A stretch of DNA of 63,939 bases, filler included, from an uncultured Acidimicrobiia bacterium (GCA_964347285.1; 14 parts of 14 records of this genome joined end to end with filler, not necessarily neighbours in it), one strand, 5' to 3'; shown: positions 20,457-30,582, counted from the whole stretch's first letter. Numbers and translations: made by a program. Notes: generated by a model not told the origin, from the letters alone.

Positions 20457-21446
20457 ATGCCCGTCATCGACATGCACGCCCACTTGACGCCGGAGCGTTT
20501 CAAGGACGCCATCAGGACGGAGGGCCACTGGTACGGCCTCGACGCCGCGGCCGGAGAACTGAGCAAGGGAGGCTTTGCCAAGCCGCTCTCGGAGCGATTG
20601 GCCGAGATGGACGCTCTCGGCATTGAAATGCAACTGCTCACTCCCACGGTGGGGTTCTACCAGTACGACAACGAGATCGATGTGGCCACGGTGGTCCATC
20701 GGGAGTGCAACGACGAGATCGCCGAGACCGTCGCCCAGCACCCGTCGCGGTTCGCCGGCATGGGCATTGTCCCAATGCAGGATCCTCCAAGCGCGATAGC
20801 CGAGATGGAGCGGGCGATGGGGCACCTGGGCTTCAAGGGCGTGATCCTCAGCGACCACGTCGCCGGCCGAACCTACGACGATCCGGCATTCCTCCCTTTC
20901 TTCGCTGCTGCCGAGGAGCTGGGGGCGATCCTCTTCTTCCACCAGGGGCACGACACCTGTGTGGAGCACAGGAACCAGCGCTACAAGCTCCCCAATGCCG
21001 TCGGGAATCTCACCGAGCGCGCCCTGGTCTTTGCGACGTTGGTGTTCGCGGGCATCATCGATCGCTTCCCCGACCTGAAACCCCTGCTCGGACATGGCGG
21101 CGGCTACACGGCGTATGGCGTGGCAAGGCTGGACAAGGTGGCCGGCGCCTTGGAAGGTTCAGCCGGGATGACGCCGCCGTTCGGCGATGGCGACGGGTTC
21201 TCCCAGCAGCTCCCGCCCAGCGACTACCTGGATCGCTTCTACTACGACTGCTGCACCTACAGCGGGCCGGTGCTTCGCTTCCTGATCGACGCGGTGGGCA
21301 TCGACCGGGTGGTCCTCGGCACCGATTATCCGGCTCCGATGGTGCTGCGAGACGCGGTCAACTGGGTCCGCGGCTTGCCCGAGCTGTCCGCCGACGAGAA
21401 GGACGCGATCCTCTCCGAGAACCCCACCACCCTCGTCGGTCTCTGA
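20457..21446 (+). CDS. Amidohydrolase_2 family (ACMSD-like decarboxylase/hydratase)
   Basis: IDMHAH, FFHQG, HGGG, FYYD, GTDYP; GAGAGG RBS. Confidence 0.88.
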   Translation: MPVIDMHAHLTPERFKDAIRTEGHWYGLDAAAGELSKGGFAKPLSERLAEMDALGIEMQLLTPTVGFYQYDNEIDVATVVHRECNDEIAETVAQHPSRFAGMGIVPMQDPPSAIAEMERAMGHLGFKGVILSDHVAGRTYDDPAFLPFFAAAEELGAILFFHQGHDTCVEHRNQRYKLPNAVGNLTERALVFATLVFAGIIDRFPDLKPLLGHGGGYTAYGVARLDKVAGALEGSAGMTPPFGDGDGFSQQLPPSDYLDRFYYDCCTYSGPVLRFLIDAVGIDRVVLGTDYPAPMVLRDAVNWVRGLPELSADEKDAILSENPTTLVGL

Positions 21447-21536
21447 CCGGGGAGGGTGTGCTCGGGATCGAGTCGGCACACGCGCGCTTCTGGCGACCCT
21501 CGCTGATCGACGGCTGGCGTGGCAGACGGATTGTGC

Positions 21537-21920
21537 CTAGCCGTCGAGCCGATCGTCCAGTTCGAAGCGGTGCGCAAGGTCGCGAAGCTGCTGGAGCAGC
21601 GCCGGTGGAACCAACACGCCGTTGCGCCGCTGCTCTGCTTCCCGTGCAACTGCACCGTCACCCGGGATGTGGACGGAACCCGACGGGCCCGAGTCTCGCA
21701 TTTCCCGAAGATGACGGTCCATGGCGACCTTGAAATCGCCCAGGTCTCGGAACAGGTCGGGCCGCATGACGAGGATCGCCTGTCCGGTGTTGGCCGCCTG
21801 ATCGGGAACGACACGATGGTCGATCACCTCCGTCCCGAAAGCGGCGCCATTGAGCACTCCGGCCAGCAGGCCGATCGCCATGTTCAGGCCGGACCCCTTG
21901 TACCCGCCGATCGGGAGCAG
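21537..21920 (-). CDS. Ldh_2 family oxidoreductase, C-terminal fragment
   Basis: LLPIGGYKGSGL..., HIPGD. Confidence 0.82.
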   Translation of the reverse strand: MLPIGGYKGSGLNMAIGLLAGVLNGAAFGTEVIDHRVVPDQAANTGQAILVMRPDLFRDLGDFKVAMDRHLREMRDSGPSGSVHIPGDGAVAREAEQRRNGVLVPPALLQQLRDLAHRFELDDRLDG

Positions 21921-22020
21921 NNNNNNNNNNNNNNNNNNNNNNNNNNNNNNNNNNNNNNNNNNNNTTAATTAATTAANNNNNNNNNNNNNNNNNNNNNNNN
22001 NNNNNNNNNNNNNNNNNNNN

Positions 22021-22179
22021 CCCGACATCACCTCGGCGTCACCCGGCACCAACGCGTACACGCCCGAGGAAGGCTGGTTCATGATCGCCGACTTCCCCGT
22101 CGAGCTGCCCGCCGGGTGCTGGGAGATCCGTGCCGCCTACAAAGGCGCATCGCTCAGCTACGTCGTCGCCGTCCCCTGA
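22021..22179 (+). CDS. C-terminal fragment of hypothetical protein
   Basis: PDITSASPGTNAYTPEEGWFMIADFPVELPAGCWEIRAAYKGASLSYVVAVP*; GC3-rich codons. Confidence 0.55.
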   Translation, partial: PDITSASPGTNAYTPEEGWFMIADFPVELPAGCWEIRAAYKGASLSYVVAVP

Positions 22180-22285
22180 GCTTGCTCATGATCGTTCGCC
22201 GGCGTCCCCTCCCCGCCGGGCCCCAGCGTCGATGGGGCTGGATTGGAACGGCGCGCCTCTCGGCCGTGCTGCCTAGGTTGACCCT

Positions 22286-23797
22286 ATGTTGCTCAGTCGC
22301 GTCGCCGAGACCTGGGAGCGGCTGCGAGCCACCCGATCCCGCAAGGCCAAGATCGCGACCGTCGCCGAGCTCCTTGCGGCAACCGACAGCCCACACGTCT
22401 CGACGGTGGTGGCCTATCTCTCGGGCAGACTGCCCCAGGGCCGCATCGGCCTCGGCTACGCCACCGTGGGAGGAGTGCGGGCCAAGCCCGCCGCAAGCGC
22501 CGAGCTGACCGTGGCCGACGTCGATACCGCCCTCGGGGCCATCACCGCCGCCTCGGGACCCGGCTCGAAGGGCATCAAAGAGAGCGTGCTGGCCGGGTTG
22601 CTGGAGCGGGCGACGGAAGGCGAACAGGACTTCCTGCGCGGGTTGCTCCTTGGAGAGCTGCGCCAGGGGGCGCTCGAGGGGATCATGGCCGACGCCGTGG
22701 GCGCCGCCGCCGGGATCGATCCCCACCTGGTGCGACGAGCGCTGATGCTCCGTGGCGATCTGGGTGCGGTGGCGCAGGAAGCTTTGAGCGGCGATGCCGC
22801 CGCTCTGGAGGGCTTCGGTCTCGAGCTGTTCCGTCCACTCCAGCCCATGCTGGCTCAGACCGCCGACGACGTGACCTCGGCCCTGGAGAAGACCGGGCCG
22901 GCCGCCATCGAGTACAAGGTCGACGGGGCGCGCGCCCAGGTCCACCGGGCCGGCGGTCGCCTGGCCGTCTACACCCGCCGGCTGCGGGACATCACCGATC
23001 AGGTACCCGACGTGGTCGCCGCCGCGGCCGCTCTGGAGGTCGACGCGATCATCCTCGACGGTGAGGCGATCGCTCTCGACGCCTCGGGACGACCGCTTCC
23101 CTTCCAGGCCACGATGAGCCGGTTCAGCTCGGAAGGGAACGGGGGCTCACTGGCCGTCTTCTTCTTCGACTGCCTCCACCTCGATGGACGCGATCTCATC
23201 GACCTCCCCGGCACAAAGCGTTGGCAAGCTCTGGCTTCGGTGATCCCGCCGCCACTGACGATTCCCCGCATCGAGACCGACGACGCCGGTCGGGCCCGGG
23301 ACTTCCTGGACGAGGCACTGGGCGCCGGGCACGAGGGAGTCATGGTCAAGGCGCTCGACGCTCCCTACCAGGCGGGTCGACGCGGGGCTGCCTGGCTGAA
23401 GGTGAAGCCGGCCCACACCCTCGACCTGGTGGTGCTGGCCGCGGAGTGGGGGTCGGGACGGCGCCGGGGCAGGCTGAGCAACCTCCACCTCGGGGCCCGG
23501 GATCCGGCCGGGGGAGGCTTCGTGATGCTCGGCAAGACCTTCAAAGGCATGACCGACGAGATGCTGGAGTGGCAGACGGCGCGGTTTCTGGAGCTGGAGA
23601 CCCATCGGGAAGGCCACGTGGTGTACGTCCGACCCCAGCAGGTGGTCGAGGTCGCCTTCGACGGCATCCAGGCGTCGCCCCGGTACCCGGCCGGCATGGC
23701 ACTCCGCTTCGCCCGGGTAAAGGGCTACCGCCACGACAAGGGTCCCGAAGAGGCCGACACCATCGATACGGTGCGGGAGATCTTCGCCGGGGGCTAG
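22286..23797 (+). CDS. ligB: ATP-dependent DNA ligase
   Basis: PMLA, motif I EYKVDG, LDGE, FDCLH, EGVMVK, WLKVK, LRFAR. Confidence 0.93.
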   Translation: MLLSRVAETWERLRATRSRKAKIATVAELLAATDSPHVSTVVAYLSGRLPQGRIGLGYATVGGVRAKPAASAELTVADVDTALGAITAASGPGSKGIKESVLAGLLERATEGEQDFLRGLLLGELRQGALEGIMADAVGAAAGIDPHLVRRALMLRGDLGAVAQEALSGDAAALEGFGLELFRPLQPMLAQTADDVTSALEKTGPAAIEYKVDGARAQVHRAGGRLAVYTRRLRDITDQVPDVVAAAAALEVDAIILDGEAIALDASGRPLPFQATMSRFSSEGNGGSLAVFFFDCLHLDGRDLIDLPGTKRWQALASVIPPPLTIPRIETDDAGRARDFLDEALGAGHEGVMVKALDAPYQAGRRGAAWLKVKPAHTLDLVVLAAEWGSGRRRGRLSNLHLGARDPAGGGFVMLGKTFKGMTDEMLEWQTARFLELETHREGHVVYVRPQQVVEVAFDGIQASPRYPAGMALRFARVKGYRHDKGPEEADTIDTVREIFAGG

Positions 23798-23993
23798 TCG
23801 GGCGGAATGACCGGGTGGCTCTCACCCGTCGCGTGGTAGGGTGGTCGCCACACACAGTGCCGGCCGGGCTCGAGACGCCCGGCGATTTCTCGGGGCGAGC
23901 CGGGGAGTCTGGCCATCCGACGTAGCGCGCGGGAGCCGGGGCATCGACGATCGCGATCGACCCAGCGCCAGCGTCGATCCGGAAAGGGGGGCC

Positions 23994-24368
23994 ATGTCCC
24001 ACGAAGGAAAGACCCAGATCACGTTCATCTTCACGGCTCGTCCAGACCAGGTCGACGAAGGTGACCGCCTGTTCGCCAGCCATGCCCAATGGATGGAGAA
24101 GACGCACTATCGCGACGGGGATCTCGCCCTGTTGCAGTACAACGTGGTCAAGGGACCGGAGCTGTCGAACTCGCTCGACCCGTCGTCCGAACCGACCGAG
24201 AACACCTGCTTCGTCCTGACTGAGGTGTATGCAACTCCGGCCGGCCTGGCCGACCACTGGAAGCAGGGTGCCGACAGCTGGCAGGACTTCCAGGCGTTCG
24301 TTGCCTGGGCGAGCGAAGTGGACGTTGCCGTGCTGCACGGATCGCCCGTGATCCATTCGCTCTGGTAG
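23994..24368 (+). CDS. Hypothetical protein, dimeric alpha-beta barrel-like
   Basis: AAAGGGGG RBS; FVLTEVY...GLADHW pattern. Confidence 0.65.
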   Translation: MSHEGKTQITFIFTARPDQVDEGDRLFASHAQWMEKTHYRDGDLALLQYNVVKGPELSNSLDPSSEPTENTCFVLTEVYATPAGLADHWKQGADSWQDFQAFVAWASEVDVAVLHGSPVIHSLW

Positions 24369-24580
24369 CCGACATCGCTGCGGGCGACCGCTGCGGCGGA
24401 CCCGGAAGACATGCCCGGCCCGCGGCGCCCCGAGCCCCGGCCGCTCTGTCACCGATCGCGGCCGTTGCAGATACGCCGATGCGCTGTGACCCGGTGGTGC
24501 CCGGCCCCACTCCGGCGCCTTGACGCGCGGGGTGCATGTCGAAGGCGCAGCATGTCGTCGGCGTCACCATCCTTGGCATC

Positions 24581-24602
24581 TGTCACCCCGGCAGCGTATG
24601 TT
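24581..24602 (+). promoter_or_regulatory. Putative PafBC/RecA-NDp-type promoter
   Basis: TGTCAC-N10-TATGTT versus consensus TGTCRG-N10-TANNNT. Confidence 0.5.
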
Positions 24603-24624
24603 GTGGGATTGGGAGGATCGTCCC

Positions 24625-25677
24625 GTGAACACAATGACGAGGCAGGGCCGGACGGTCGGCACGAAGGCGTTGACGGGCCGCCGGCTGGCACGGCGGGCCT
24701 TCCGGGTGGTCCTGTTCCCGTTTCGGCTCGTGGGCAGCTTGGCCGTGGTCGTTCTCTGGTTCACGACCGTCGCCTTTGTCGGCGCGGCCGCCTGGCTCAT
24801 CGCCGCTCTGGGGTTGGCGTGGACACTGGCCCGTCCCGGCTTCACTTTCGCCGGCGTCGCCGTGGTCGTCGGAAGCGTTCACGCCTTCTCCCGGTTGCGG
24901 GGCCGCAGGGGAAGAAGAAAGCCGAGACTGCCCCCGACCACCGATCCCGGCTTGCTGATCGGTCCCTTTCCCCGGCCGGCCGCTGCCGGCCCCGCCGGGG
25001 ACCATCCCAAGGGCCGGCACCGGCCCGAGCCCTGGGACCGGGTTTCGTCCCGCGCCGAGCCCATCGTCGCCTGGCGGCAATGGCAGCTGGTACCGGACGC
25101 GGACGGGCCGATGCTGGCCAGCTTGACCGGACGGGGCCTGTGGTGGACCGCCGATCTGGTGGCCGAATGCCGGGTACACCGCTCTTCGGTCCAATCCCAA
25201 CGAGCGTGGTTCCCGGCAGCCGCCGGCCACCGGGTTCCCGATCTCGACTGCACGTGCGGCATCTATGCCCTCAAGGACCTCTCGCTGTGGCGACGGCTAC
25301 TGGGACCGGGCCTGATCGCCCACGGCCCGGTGGCCCTCTCCGGACGGGTGATCGAGGGAGAGCGGGGCTTCCGGGCCGAGCGGGCCCGCATCATCGGGCC
25401 CCTGCGGATCGGGGTGTATTGCCGGAGCGGCGGAGGCAACTATCGGACCCTCGATCCGCCGTCGATCCTGTGCGACGCCGGCTCGTTCGATGGCCCCGAA
25501 CCGGAGTGGATCCTCCAGCGGGGCCCCCGCTATCACCCCATCTGCGACCAGCACCTGGCCGAGCATCCCCACTGGACCCAACCGGGCCCGTCACGGTCGC
25601 TGCTGTTCACTTCGGACTTCATCTGTGAGGCGGCCGATGCCCTTCGCCGCCGCTACCGCGTGGACGTATCGGTCTAG
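24625..25677 (+). CDS. Membrane-anchored Cys/His-rich hypothetical protein
   Basis: GGGAGG RBS, N-terminal TM segments, VAWRQW, HRVPDLDCTCGIYA, GRVIEGERGFRAE. Confidence 0.72.
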   Translation: MNTMTRQGRTVGTKALTGRRLARRAFRVVLFPFRLVGSLAVVVLWFTTVAFVGAAAWLIAALGLAWTLARPGFTFAGVAVVVGSVHAFSRLRGRRGRRKPRLPPTTDPGLLIGPFPRPAAAGPAGDHPKGRHRPEPWDRVSSRAEPIVAWRQWQLVPDADGPMLASLTGRGLWWTADLVAECRVHRSSVQSQRAWFPAAAGHRVPDLDCTCGIYALKDLSLWRRLLGPGLIAHGPVALSGRVIEGERGFRAERARIIGPLRIGVYCRSGGGNYRTLDPPSILCDAGSFDGPEPEWILQRGPRYHPICDQHLAEHPHWTQPGPSRSLLFTSDFICEAADALRRRYRVDVSV

Positions 25678-25685
25678 GAGGAGCG

Positions 25686-25850
25686 ATGGACATCGGACAG
25701 CCGAAGCGGGTGTGGGAGGTCGAGCCGTTGGAGGCTCCGGCCGAACAGCCCCAGATCCCGGATCCCCCTCCTGAGCGGCCGGAGCCGTCCCGGCCGCCCA
25801 TCGAGCCGGTCCCAGACCGGGAACCCAAAGAACCGGTGCCGGCCGAGTAG
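25686..25850 (+). CDS. 54-aa Pro/Glu-rich small protein (absent from ORF track)
   Basis: AGGAGGAG RBS, MDIGQPKRVWEVEPLEAPAEQPQIPDPPPERPEPSRPPIEPVPDREPKEPVPAE*. Confidence 0.65.
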   Translation: MDIGQPKRVWEVEPLEAPAEQPQIPDPPPERPEPSRPPIEPVPDREPKEPVPAE

Positions 25851-25883
25851 GGCCCGAGTCCCCGGCACCACCGGGAGCGCGCT

Positions 25884-26153
25884 TCAGTCGCCTGCCGCAA
25901 TCACCTCGATCTCTCGCCATGAGACCCACGACGGGCTCTCGACGGTTTCGACCCTGAGAACGGCGATCCCCTCCAGCGGTTCGTCCGGTGTGAACACGAG
26001 CTCCCCGAGGTCGAGGGTGAAGCCGTCGAAGACATACACCCGCTCCAGGTCGCCGGAGGTGGCGCCGGCATACAGGTGGTGGACGGTGTCGCCCTCCAGC
26101 AGGTATGGGATTCCTCCGCCGAATGGCAGGAGCCCTCCACCGTAACGGTGCAC
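25884..26153 (-). CDS. Short ORF or remnant, discoidin/galactose-binding-like C-terminus
   Basis: LRVETVESPSWVSWREIEV resembles the last strands of F5/8-type domains; N-terminus poorly supported. Confidence 0.4.
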   Translation of the reverse strand: MHRYGGGLLPFGGGIPYLLEGDTVHHLYAGATSGDLERVYVFDGFTLDLGELVFTPDEPLEGIAVLRVETVESPSWVSWREIEVIAAGD

Positions 26154-26243
26154 GTGCGCCGTATCCGGGAGAAGATCGAGGGGAGACCCTGAGCATCCCC
26201 GCTAAATCGCCACCGTGTGGGGCGTCGGGTACCGGTTCGAGCC

Positions 26244-26979
26244 ATGAGGGCGCTGCTGGCCGTGGTGGCGGTGCTGGTTGCCGCCGGACGGCTGGTGGCG
26301 GAGGGCACCATGCAGCCCTCGCCTCAGGACCGGGCGGTGCTCTACGGCATCTTCGCCGCCATGGCGGCCGTCACCGCCGCCGCCGGGTGGGCCCTGCCCA
26401 AGCCGGCGAGGCGGTTCCGTTCGGTGCGCACCAGCGTGCAGAAGGTGGCGCTGGCCTCGGTGGTAGTTGCCGGCGGTGCGGTGGGGGTGGCGGCGGTCTC
26501 CATGTTCCTCTCGGCACACGACCTGCGGCTGGTGCTGGTGGCGCTGGGGTTGGGGGTGGGCTTGGGGCTGTCGCTGGCGATCACCGTGGCCCGCCCGCTG
26601 GCGGCCGACCTGCAGGCGTTGGCGGGGACGGCAGCCCGGGTCGGAGGCGGCGACCTGGGTGCCCGCACCGGCATCGCGCGTCCCGACGAGGAGGGGGCGG
26701 TGGCGACGGCTATCGACCAGATGGTGGCCCGCCTGGAGGCCGTCGAGATCGAGCGGGGGCGGACCGAGGCGGCGCGGCGGGCGCTGCTGGCGGCGGTCGG
26801 CCACGATCTGCGTACCCCGCTGACGTCTCTGCAGGCGGCGGTAGAGGCCCTGCAAGACGGGCTGGCGCCCGACCCCGAGCGCTATCTGCGTTCCATGTCG
26901 CGAGATCTGGAGATGCTGCGGGGGCTGGTGGAGGACGTGTTCCTGCTGGCCCGCATCGAGACCGGCCTAGAGCTCGAGC
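26244..26979 (+). CDS. HAMP sensor histidine kinase (C-terminally truncated)
   Basis: TMs, HAMP, H-box GHDLRTPL. Confidence 0.9.
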
Positions 26980-27345
26980 NNNNNNNNNNNNNNNNNNNNN
27001 NNNNNNNNNNNNNNNNNNNNNNNTTAATTAATTAANNNNNNNNNNNNNNNNNNNNNNNNNNNNNNNNNNNNNNNNNNNNTGGGCATTGAACCAAAACCTG
27101 GGGCCAGATATTTGGATTCCAACCGGACTAGTCACGGACCCCAGTGAGGGCTCGCGGCGATCGAGAAGCCGCCCCGAATCGGAAGGCCCGTGAGGGAAGG
27201 CGGCCCTCGGGGGCCGCCTTCCTCCCCCCTACTCCGCCCGGCGCTTCCACAGCGCCGATCTCGTCAGTTCGGCAGGCTAGCGTCTGTGCGGCAGGCGCGT
27301 CTGGCCGGCCGGGCCGACGTGACGGGCCACACAAAGGAGGACGCG

Positions 27346-28467
27346 TTGATCATTGGAGTCCCCAGCGAGGTCAAGCCTGAGGAATATCGGGTGGCGATCA
27401 CTCCGGTGGGAGTCCGCGAACTGGTTTCGCGCGGCCATCGGGTCGTCGTTCAGAAGCTTGCCGGTATGGCCTCCTCGATCAGCGACGATGACTTCATCGC
27501 CGCCGGGGCCGAGATCGTTGCCGATGCCGAAAATGTGTTCGAGGCCGCCGACTTGATCATCAAGGTGAAAGAGCCCCAGCCGAGCGAGATCACCCTACTC
27601 CGCCCCGGCCAGCTGCTCTTCACCTTCCTTCACCTGGCCGCCTACCCGAGCCTGGCCGACGGACTCCTAGATCGGGGGGTCACCGCCATCGCCTACGAGA
27701 CCGTTCAGCTCCCGAGCGGCGTCCTCCCCTTGCTGGCTCCGATGAGCGAGATCGCCGGACGCATGGCGGCCCAGTCGGGGGCTCACTACCTGGAGCGACC
27801 GCGCGGGGGAAGAGGGGTGCTCATCGGCGGTGTATCCGGCGTCGCTCCTGCCCAGGTCACCGTGCTCGGAGCCGGCATGGCCGGCACTAACGCCGCCATG
27901 ATCGCGGCCGGCATGGGGGCCGACGTGGTGATCCTCGACCTCAACGTCCAGCGGCTGCGTCATCTCGATGAGCTTCGGTGGGGACGGGTGGTAACCGTCC
28001 GCTCTTCGGTCTACTCGGTGGAGGACTTCGTCACGGGTTCCGATCTCGTGATCGGCGCGGTCCTCGTGCCGGGAGCCCGGGCTCCGGTCATCGTCAGCGA
28101 GGAATTGGTCCAAGCCATGCGACCCGGAAGCGTGATCGTCGACATCTCGATCGACCAGGGCGGGTGCATCGCCACCGCTCGAGAGACCACCCATGCCGAC
28201 CCGGTCTACGAGAAGCACGGGGTCCTTCACTACGCGGTCGGGAACATCCCCGGCGCAGTTCCGAACACCGCCACCTTCGCACTCACCAACTCCACCCTGC
28301 CGTACCTGGTGAGCCTGGCCGGCGGGCTGTCGGACTCCCTGTCGACCTACCCCGAGCTAGTGCCGGGCATCAACGTGGCCGCCGGAGCCGTGACCAATCG
28401 CGCCGTAGCCGGAGCCCTCGACTCGGAGTATGTCGATCCCGGCGAGGTGCTCGGATTCGACTCTTGA
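27346..28467 (+). CDS. ald: Alanine dehydrogenase
   Basis: IIGVPSEVK, KVKEP, FLHLAA, PLLAPMSEIAG, IDQGGC; TTG start with AAAGGAGG. Confidence 0.94.
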   Translation: MIIGVPSEVKPEEYRVAITPVGVRELVSRGHRVVVQKLAGMASSISDDDFIAAGAEIVADAENVFEAADLIIKVKEPQPSEITLLRPGQLLFTFLHLAAYPSLADGLLDRGVTAIAYETVQLPSGVLPLLAPMSEIAGRMAAQSGAHYLERPRGGRGVLIGGVSGVAPAQVTVLGAGMAGTNAAMIAAGMGADVVILDLNVQRLRHLDELRWGRVVTVRSSVYSVEDFVTGSDLVIGAVLVPGARAPVIVSEELVQAMRPGSVIVDISIDQGGCIATARETTHADPVYEKHGVLHYAVGNIPGAVPNTATFALTNSTLPYLVSLAGGLSDSLSTYPELVPGINVAAGAVTNRAVAGALDSEYVDPGEVLGFDS

Positions 28468-28590
28468 GGAGCGGGCCCCCGACGGCGGGAGCAGGCCCCG
28501 GCGGTTGGAGTGATCTCGGCGACGGGCCGGCACGCCCAACGACAACCACCCGCGCCGCAAAACGATGCGGCCGTCGGAATCGAACCCCCT

Positions 28591-28815
28591 CTACTCCTCG
28601 TCCGCGGCGGCGCGCGCTCGCGACTCCATCCGCTGGGCGTTGAGCCAGTCTTCGAAGTCCTGTCTGGCCACTCGCCATTCGCGACCGAACTTCACTGCCG
28701 GGAGGGCGCCCGAGCGGATGACACCGGTAGCCACAAACGCCGTGACCCCCATGTATTCGCAGATGTCGGCAACCGACAGCCAATCCTTGTCGATGTCGAC
28801 GATGATGCGGTCCAC
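28591..28815 (-). CDS. Excisionase-like HTH_17 DNA-binding protein
   Basis: WLSVADICEYMGV...IRSGALPAVKFGREWRV; TAACCT-N7-GTG. Confidence 0.8.
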   Translation of the reverse strand: MDRIIVDIDKDWLSVADICEYMGVTAFVATGVIRSGALPAVKFGREWRVARQDFEDWLNAQRMESRARAAADEE

Positions 28816-29114
28816 GAAGAAGAGGTTATGAAACCGCGTTCGCTGCGGCAAGGGCACAGCTCGACCATCCAGTTGCAGCCTGAAGCCGGCGGTCCCACTC
28901 TCTTGGCGATCTGCCCGAGCGAGGGGTTCGTCGGCGGAGAAGACGGCATCGGCCATTCCGCCCAGGGCCCGACCCCCGACCGGGTCTGATCCACCGAGTC
29001 GGACCGGGGTGGAAGCGCGAAAAACTGCTGACAGAGATGCTTGGTGACGCTAAGATCACGTCCAGCAACTCAAAGTAGTCATAGCACCTCCTTGGGCGAA
29101 AGGAGCGAGGAATC

Positions 29115-30122
29115 ATGAAGGTCGGCGCTGCGGACCTCGAGAAGGTCCGTTTTCCGGAGGGGCGACGCGGCTACGACACTCAGAAGGTCGATGCCGTTCT
29201 CGCCGAAGTCATAGCAACCCTGTACGAGTACGAACAGGCCGAGGACGCCCTCCATCGGACGTTCGTCGAAGCCCAGCGCATCAAGGACGACCTGATCGCC
29301 GAAGGTCGCGACGAGGGAGCCCGAATCCAAGCCGAGGCCAAGCAGGCCGTCACCGCCCGCCAAGCCGAGGCGGAAAAGATGCTCGCCGAGGCGGAGAGTG
29401 ACGCCGCCGCCCTACGGGCCGAGAGCGAGCAGATCGCAGTCAAGGCACGCGCCGACGTCCAGAGGCAGCTTCAGACAGCCAAGGCCGAGGCAGAGCAGCT
29501 CGTCGCCGAGGCGAATCAGGCAGCCGATAGGACGCGAACCGAGAGCGAGACCGAGGCCGCGGCGACCAGGGAATCCGCTCAGCGCGAGGCAGAGAGCATC
29601 GGCGGGAAGGCTCGGGACGAGGTGAAGCGCTTGATTGCCGAAGCCAAGGCGGATGCCGACCACACGCTGGAGGAGGCCCGCCTGGAGGCAGCCGAGCTGC
29701 TGGCGGAGGCCCGCGCCGAGCACAAGGACCTCGTCAGGCGCATACCCCAGTTGCGAACCGCCGTCACGGATATCGAATCCCGGCTCGAGAAACTCATGCG
29801 GGACGCTCTCGCCGAAGTCGAAGTGGTGGACGCAATGGTCGACCTGGCCGCCGCCGAGGCCGGGATCGATGCGGACCTCCAAGCCGAGGCTCAGGCGGCG
29901 ACAGAACCGGCCGCCCCGGCCGTCCAGACGGACGCCGTCGACACGGCGGCTCCCGCCGAGAAGGGCGAGGCATCCCAAGCCGACGGCGAGGCTCCGGCGG
30001 ACGGTGGCCCCGTCGATCAGGATGAAACGGACCAGGTGTCACCCGAGGAGGGCAAGGGCACTTTCTACGGTTCCGGATTGCGCCGTCGGCTCAGCGAACA
30101 AGCCGAAGAGGGGAGCGCCTAG
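29115..30122 (+). CDS. DivIVA-domain coiled-coil protein
   Basis: F...RRGYD...VD motif then long AE/AR coiled coil. Confidence 0.8.
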   Translation: MKVGAADLEKVRFPEGRRGYDTQKVDAVLAEVIATLYEYEQAEDALHRTFVEAQRIKDDLIAEGRDEGARIQAEAKQAVTARQAEAEKMLAEAESDAAALRAESEQIAVKARADVQRQLQTAKAEAEQLVAEANQAADRTRTESETEAAATRESAQREAESIGGKARDEVKRLIAEAKADADHTLEEARLEAAELLAEARAEHKDLVRRIPQLRTAVTDIESRLEKLMRDALAEVEVVDAMVDLAAAEAGIDADLQAEAQAATEPAAPAVQTDAVDTAAPAEKGEASQADGEAPADGGPVDQDETDQVSPEEGKGTFYGSGLRRRLSEQAEEGSA

Positions 30123-30532
30123 CGGCCCGGCTGCGCCTCCACCTCCTCCGTGGTGGGCCGGCTGAGAACGAACCACACGATCGCGAACGCCCCGACCCCG
30201 AGCGCCAGCCGTAAAGGCCACGAGGGCGCCGCCAGAGCGATGGTCGTGCCGAACGTCACAAAGACGGCGACCGTGGCTATCACTTTGATGCGCTTCGGCA
30301 AGCCCAGGCCGGCCTGATAGTCCCGCACGACCGGGCCGAAGCGGGGACGGCTCAGCAGCCACGCATGCAGCCGCTCCGACGATCGAGCGAAAAAGAACCC
30401 GGCCGCCAGGATGAATACGGTCGACGGCAGCAGCGGAGTCACGATGCCGACGACCCCGATGAAGAGGCACAGGACGCCGAGCGTCGCATAGATCGCCCGC
30501 AACGTTCGGCTCCGATGGATGCGGGTCGTCAT
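30119..30532 (-). CDS. YbaN/DUF454 membrane protein
   Basis: GIVTPLLPSTVFILAA..FARSSERLHAWL. Confidence 0.88.
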   Translation of the reverse strand: MTTRIHRSRTLRAIYATLGVLCLFIGVVGIVTPLLPSTVFILAAGFFFARSSERLHAWLLSRPRFGPVVRDYQAGLGLPKRIKVIATVAVFVTFGTTIALAAPSWPLRLALGVGAFAIVWFVLSRPTTEEVEAQPGR

Positions 30533-30582
30533 CGTGCCGACACGATACTCAAAGCGGTATCCACAGGAAGTCGGCAAACGGA

